Origin: Hydrolagus affinis
Lineage: Eukaryota
DNA: 44,677 nucleotides
Direction: 5' to 3'
Assembly (NCBI GenBank): GCA_012026655.1
Contig: JAAILG010003736.1
Location: 1 to 44,677, forward strand
Made by a program: the position numbers and the translations under genes. This document shows, in pieces, positions 41,701-44,677 of the stretch (its first letter is position 1; each line of letters opens with the position of its first letter). Under the pieces are notes generated by a model, which was not told the origin of the DNA, made no database searches, and saw nothing but the letters and a program-made list of their open reading frames with translations.

Positions 41701-43935
41701 GTACAATACTATACAATAATACAAATTTACATTTGGACAGTGTCTTTTACATCGGGAGGACGTCGCGAGTTGCTGAGTCAAAGCTACCCAAAGGCAATTT
41801 ACTGTACTGTACATTGTTATATTTCAGATTAATTTTTAGTGATTTGCTTAATGCGAGTGCAACGACTAGCAGGAACACCGCACCAACTCAATCTATTGTT
41901 CTCAGGAGTTAGAGGGGACTGAGATGGAGCCTTTAACGTGAGATTTTTGTATTGCCAAGGCATCTTTAACATCCACATGAAAAGGCAGACAGGACCGCAG
42001 TTCAATGTCTCATCCGAAAGATGGCACTTCCGACAATGTAACGCTAGCGTGGAGGGCGCTATACAATTGCAAGTTGTTGTCGTTACCCTAGCCCTACACT
42101 GCGGACAGAGTCAGCCCAGACTGACATCCCAAAGATTGAAAGTGTGACTTGAAACAAAACCACGGTCTACTGGATCAGAGACAAGAGTGTTACCAGGTGG
42201 ATGCCTAGATTTACTACTTACTGTATATGGCACAGAATAGATTTGTCCAGCAATGAGCAAATCCATCGCCGTGCTTAAGAGTATTCAAAGCAGCCAATTT
42301 CAGAAATGCGTGCATGGGAATTTCCCCGTGTCTGGCATGGAATACAGACTTTCTTTTTTGTCTTTTTTTGGATGCTGAGACAATTGCTTTTAAATTCTCG
42401 GTGGTTACAGCACTCGCCTTACGAGCGTGAGACCTGTGTTCGAATCCAGGCAGGTCAGGGCGAAACCTTGGGCAAGTATCCTTACTCCACACACACACAC
42501 ACACACACACCTAACAATAATCCCTCCAAGAATAAAAACACAATCATAAAATTGGTCATTTCAATCCACGGCTGTTTGTGGGGTACGCTGCTGTGCGCAA
42601 TTGGCTGCCGCGTTTCTCCCACAAATATACAGTCAATTCACTTTACAGTATATTCTGCGAAGCGCTTTGGGACGTCTAGAAGACGTGAAAAGCGCTACAT
42701 CAAATGCAAGGATTATTATTATTATTGTGAGATTGTCACAGTATTGGTCGTGCCTCTGGCATAAAAACAGAATCCATTTTAGCAGACAGTTTCAACGTCC
42801 GATTTCTGAAGTAGCCCGTAGACAGAGCCGGAAATTAAACTTTACCTCGTATCTTCAAATCAGCTAAACAGGTAAATTGTCAGAAATCTTGGCCTGATGA
42901 CTAATAGCAAAATCAAAGCGAAGCAGTTTTTTTGACTTATGCGAAGTTTTTTCGAGAAAACCGGTAGCTTTTGTGGTATTTTGTAACTCGTTTCTAGCGT
43001 TCATTATTGCAGGGAAAGTGCAACCAAACACCAGAAATTTTACCCAAATAACACAAAGGCCAACCAACACTGTTGCTCTGATGAATTAGCTCATCCAATA
43101 AGCACAATAAAATACAAATGACATTTGTACAGCACCTTTCATGTTGGGAGATAATAATAAAATGCATGTAATAATAAAATAAAACGTCTCAAAGCGCGTC
43201 ACAGAATATACGGTAGAGTGAATTTGACTGTGTATGTGTGGGCAGTCAATTGCACACAGCAGTGTCCCACAAACAGTCGTGCATTGAAATAACCAATTTA
43301 TTATCGTTTTATTTCTTGAGGGACAATTATCAAGGAAGCTTGCCCAAGGTTTCTCCCTGCCTGGAATCGAACCCAGGTCTCTCGCTTGTGAGACAAGTGT
43401 CTCTAACCGCTGAGATACAGGATTCAGAGTGACAGTAGTCTCCAAACAGTTCACAATTGCTGGATGGATACCCGATCTGGGGCTGGAAGTCGTGGTGAGG
43501 GGAAAAAGGACTGAAGGCACGGACGAAGACTAACACTTAATTCCAGCATGATTTACACCCAGAGCAATATTAACGGGTCAAAGGACGCTTGCGAATACTC
43601 CTCGACTGTTAACTGAATTCAGGCTGCGTTTATTTTCAGGCTGAGTTGGTTTTCAGCCCCAAAGTTTCCAACCTTCTTTTGTTGGGTATTAATACCGATA
43701 ACATTGGCAGCGAAATTGGAGACAACGAGATTCGCCATGATATCAGTGATCAATTTGCAATCCTCCCGACAACATGCGTAGTTTGACCCGGCGACATCTT
43801 TAGACTTTAAAATGCCGCGTTCCCATAACTTTAACATCACAAACCGTACTCACGTTTCCAAGGGAATCGGACTTTCTTACCTAAGAAAACCACGATGAAT
43901 ACCCACAGAGCAGAACAGGTACCAACCAAAGTCAT
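38606..43935 (-). CDS. CD28-family-like IgSF type I receptor with IgV + C1 domains (309 aa, 5 exons)
   Basis: Exons 43935-43881 (leader), 41661-41296 (IgV), 40513-40205 (C1), 39114-39022 (TM), 38712-38606 (tail, TAA). All phase-1 GT-AG introns; 930 nt, open frame. Confidence 0.85.
39022..39114 (-). CDS. IgSF gene transmembrane exon
   Basis: GIRVYLWATVTCLLLVLATVVGYLLFRYSRK; 93 nt, phase 1-1. Confidence 0.87.
39403..39859 (+). mobile_element. tRNA-derived SINE split by the hAT MITE
   Basis: Head 39403-39512, body and tail from 39632. Confidence 0.9.
39513..39631. mobile_element. Internally deleted copy of the same hAT MITE, inserted in a SINE
   Basis: Reverse-complement match to ~7502-7617; 8-bp TSD CTCCACAC at 39505-39512 and 39632-39639. 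Confidence 0.88.
40205..40513 (-). CDS. IgSF gene C1-set domain exon
   Basis: SPDVRVEF...LVCLAENFFPGNIDLSW...FSCHVNHSSL; matches Ig/MHC signature [FY]xCx[VA]xH; strong acceptor TTTTCTTCCTCCAG; 309 nt. Confidence 0.9.
40646..40945 (-). mobile_element. tRNA-derived SINE, full length
   Basis: A/B boxes, body, tail. Confidence 0.9.
41296..41661 (-). CDS. IgSF gene IgV exon (CD28/CD28H-like)
   Basis: WVIQEPAALRVLKGQSAEITC...VSW...PVC...ACDS...DTDFYYCKIEFPIPPPVRQIRGNSTYLIAE; donor GTATGG. Acceptor at 41661 is weak; an in-frame alternative exists at 41643. Confidence 0.9.
41915..42205 (-). mobile_element. Older DeuSINE-like element with an L2 tail inserted (~42043-42085)
   Basis: TCTTTAACATCCACATGAAAAGGCAGACAGG..TCTCATCCGAAAGATGGCACTTCCGACA Deu-domain motif. 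Confidence 0.7.
42398..42727 (+). mobile_element. tRNA-derived SINE
   Basis: B box GTTCGAATCC, (CA)n linker, tail. Confidence 0.9.
43170..43405 (-). mobile_element. tRNA-derived SINE
   Basis: Body, linker, B box. Confidence 0.82.
43881..43935 (-). CDS. IgSF gene leader exon
   Basis: MTLVGTCSALWVFIVVFL + G|GTAAGA; hydrophobic, phase 1. Confidence 0.8.
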
Positions 43936-44220
43936 TTTGGGGAGGAACTAACAGCCGTTGGGCAACGAGACCTCACTACAGTCTTGTTCAGTGGTTGGAA
44001 ACTGTGCAGTGAGTTTCCGTTAACAATGTGACAATGAGCCGATGTGGTTTTCATTCAATTAACCTTTCTTGGGCCATAATATTTCGGTAACAACCTGTTG
44101 TTTTAGCTTTTTTGGGGGCGTGAAAACAAAACATTGCCCTGACATAAAAGTAGTAAAATTGTGCAAATACTTGTTGATACAATACCAATTTACACTTATA
44201 TTTGTGCCTTTCACGTCAGA

Positions 44221-44230
44221 AGGATGTGGT
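44221..44230. promoter_or_regulatory. ETS:RUNX composite motif upstream of the IgSF gene
   Basis: AGGATGTGGT ~290 nt upstream of the ATG; extra RUNX TGTGGTT at 44043-44049 and ETS core (GGAA on minus) at 44015-44018. Confidence 0.5.
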
Positions 44231-44547
44231 GAAGCATTTAACAATCTTGAAGGTCGGAGTATGTACTTGCAATAAGTTTTCTGGCTCTCCATTTGAACAG
44301 CACAAGCTCCTCACTGACAAAGCTTTATTCAATTGAGGATTATTCTTTTGTGCTACCGTGGGACACTATGGATTATTTTAATTATTTTCCATAGGGCGGG
44401 TGGGTTGGGTGAGGGGGGGTGGGTGGGGGTGGTCGATTTTTTTCATTCTGTGAACTCTGAATCAAATCCGTCCAAATCTGACTTCAACAGCCTCTCGGGG
44501 AACTGGGTCAAAGTGGACTTTATATGTGAAGTGCTATAGCAACAAAG

Positions 44548-44677
44548 ACAACAATAACTTTGATTCACATTGCGCCCTCTACGCCAGACGGTGTCTCAGA
44601 GCGCTTCACAATAACGGATCCCGGGCCCGAGCCAGGGGGAGGGGGAAAAAGGTGACCGAAGGCCCGGTTGAAAAAAA
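44548..44677 (-). mobile_element. L2 3' end, truncated by window
   Basis: GGATCCGTTATTGTGAAGCGCTCTGAGACACC..GAGGGCGCAATG tail. Confidence 0.85.

Noticed and set aside
43020-43070. LVGLCVIWVKFLVF resembling the leader LVGTCSALWVFIVVF
   Set aside because: No ATG in place and no phase-1 donor; similarity could be chance or a dead duplicate.

Overview
Vertebrate genomic DNA, most likely a cartilaginous fish (repeat content; compact introns suggest a holocephalan, which is inference). Two minus-strand genes are present. (1) An intact MYH7B-type slow sarcomeric myosin heavy chain: TATA box at ~32.88 kb, ATG at 32009, 33 complete GT-AG coding exons and the start of a 34th running off the left edge (1549 codons plus a partial exon). 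The intron that hosts miR-499 in other MYH7B genes is only 96 nt and has no miR-499 hairpin. (2) A five-exon, 309-aa immunoglobulin-superfamily receptor (43935-38606) upstream: leader, CD28/CD28H-like IgV domain, an antigen-receptor/MHC-type C1 domain, an uncharged TM segment and a CD28-like YxN tail, with ETS/RUNX motifs in the promoter. This non-rearranging V-C1 CD28-like receptor is the most novel-looking element. Introns and intergenic DNA are dense in tRNA-derived SINEs with DeuSINE/L2-type 3' ends, L2 and CR1 LINE 3' ends, hAT MITEs with 8-bp TSDs and a Penelope-type fragment carrying a hammerhead ribozyme. Exon coordinates were read by hand from splice sites; repeat boundaries are approximate.
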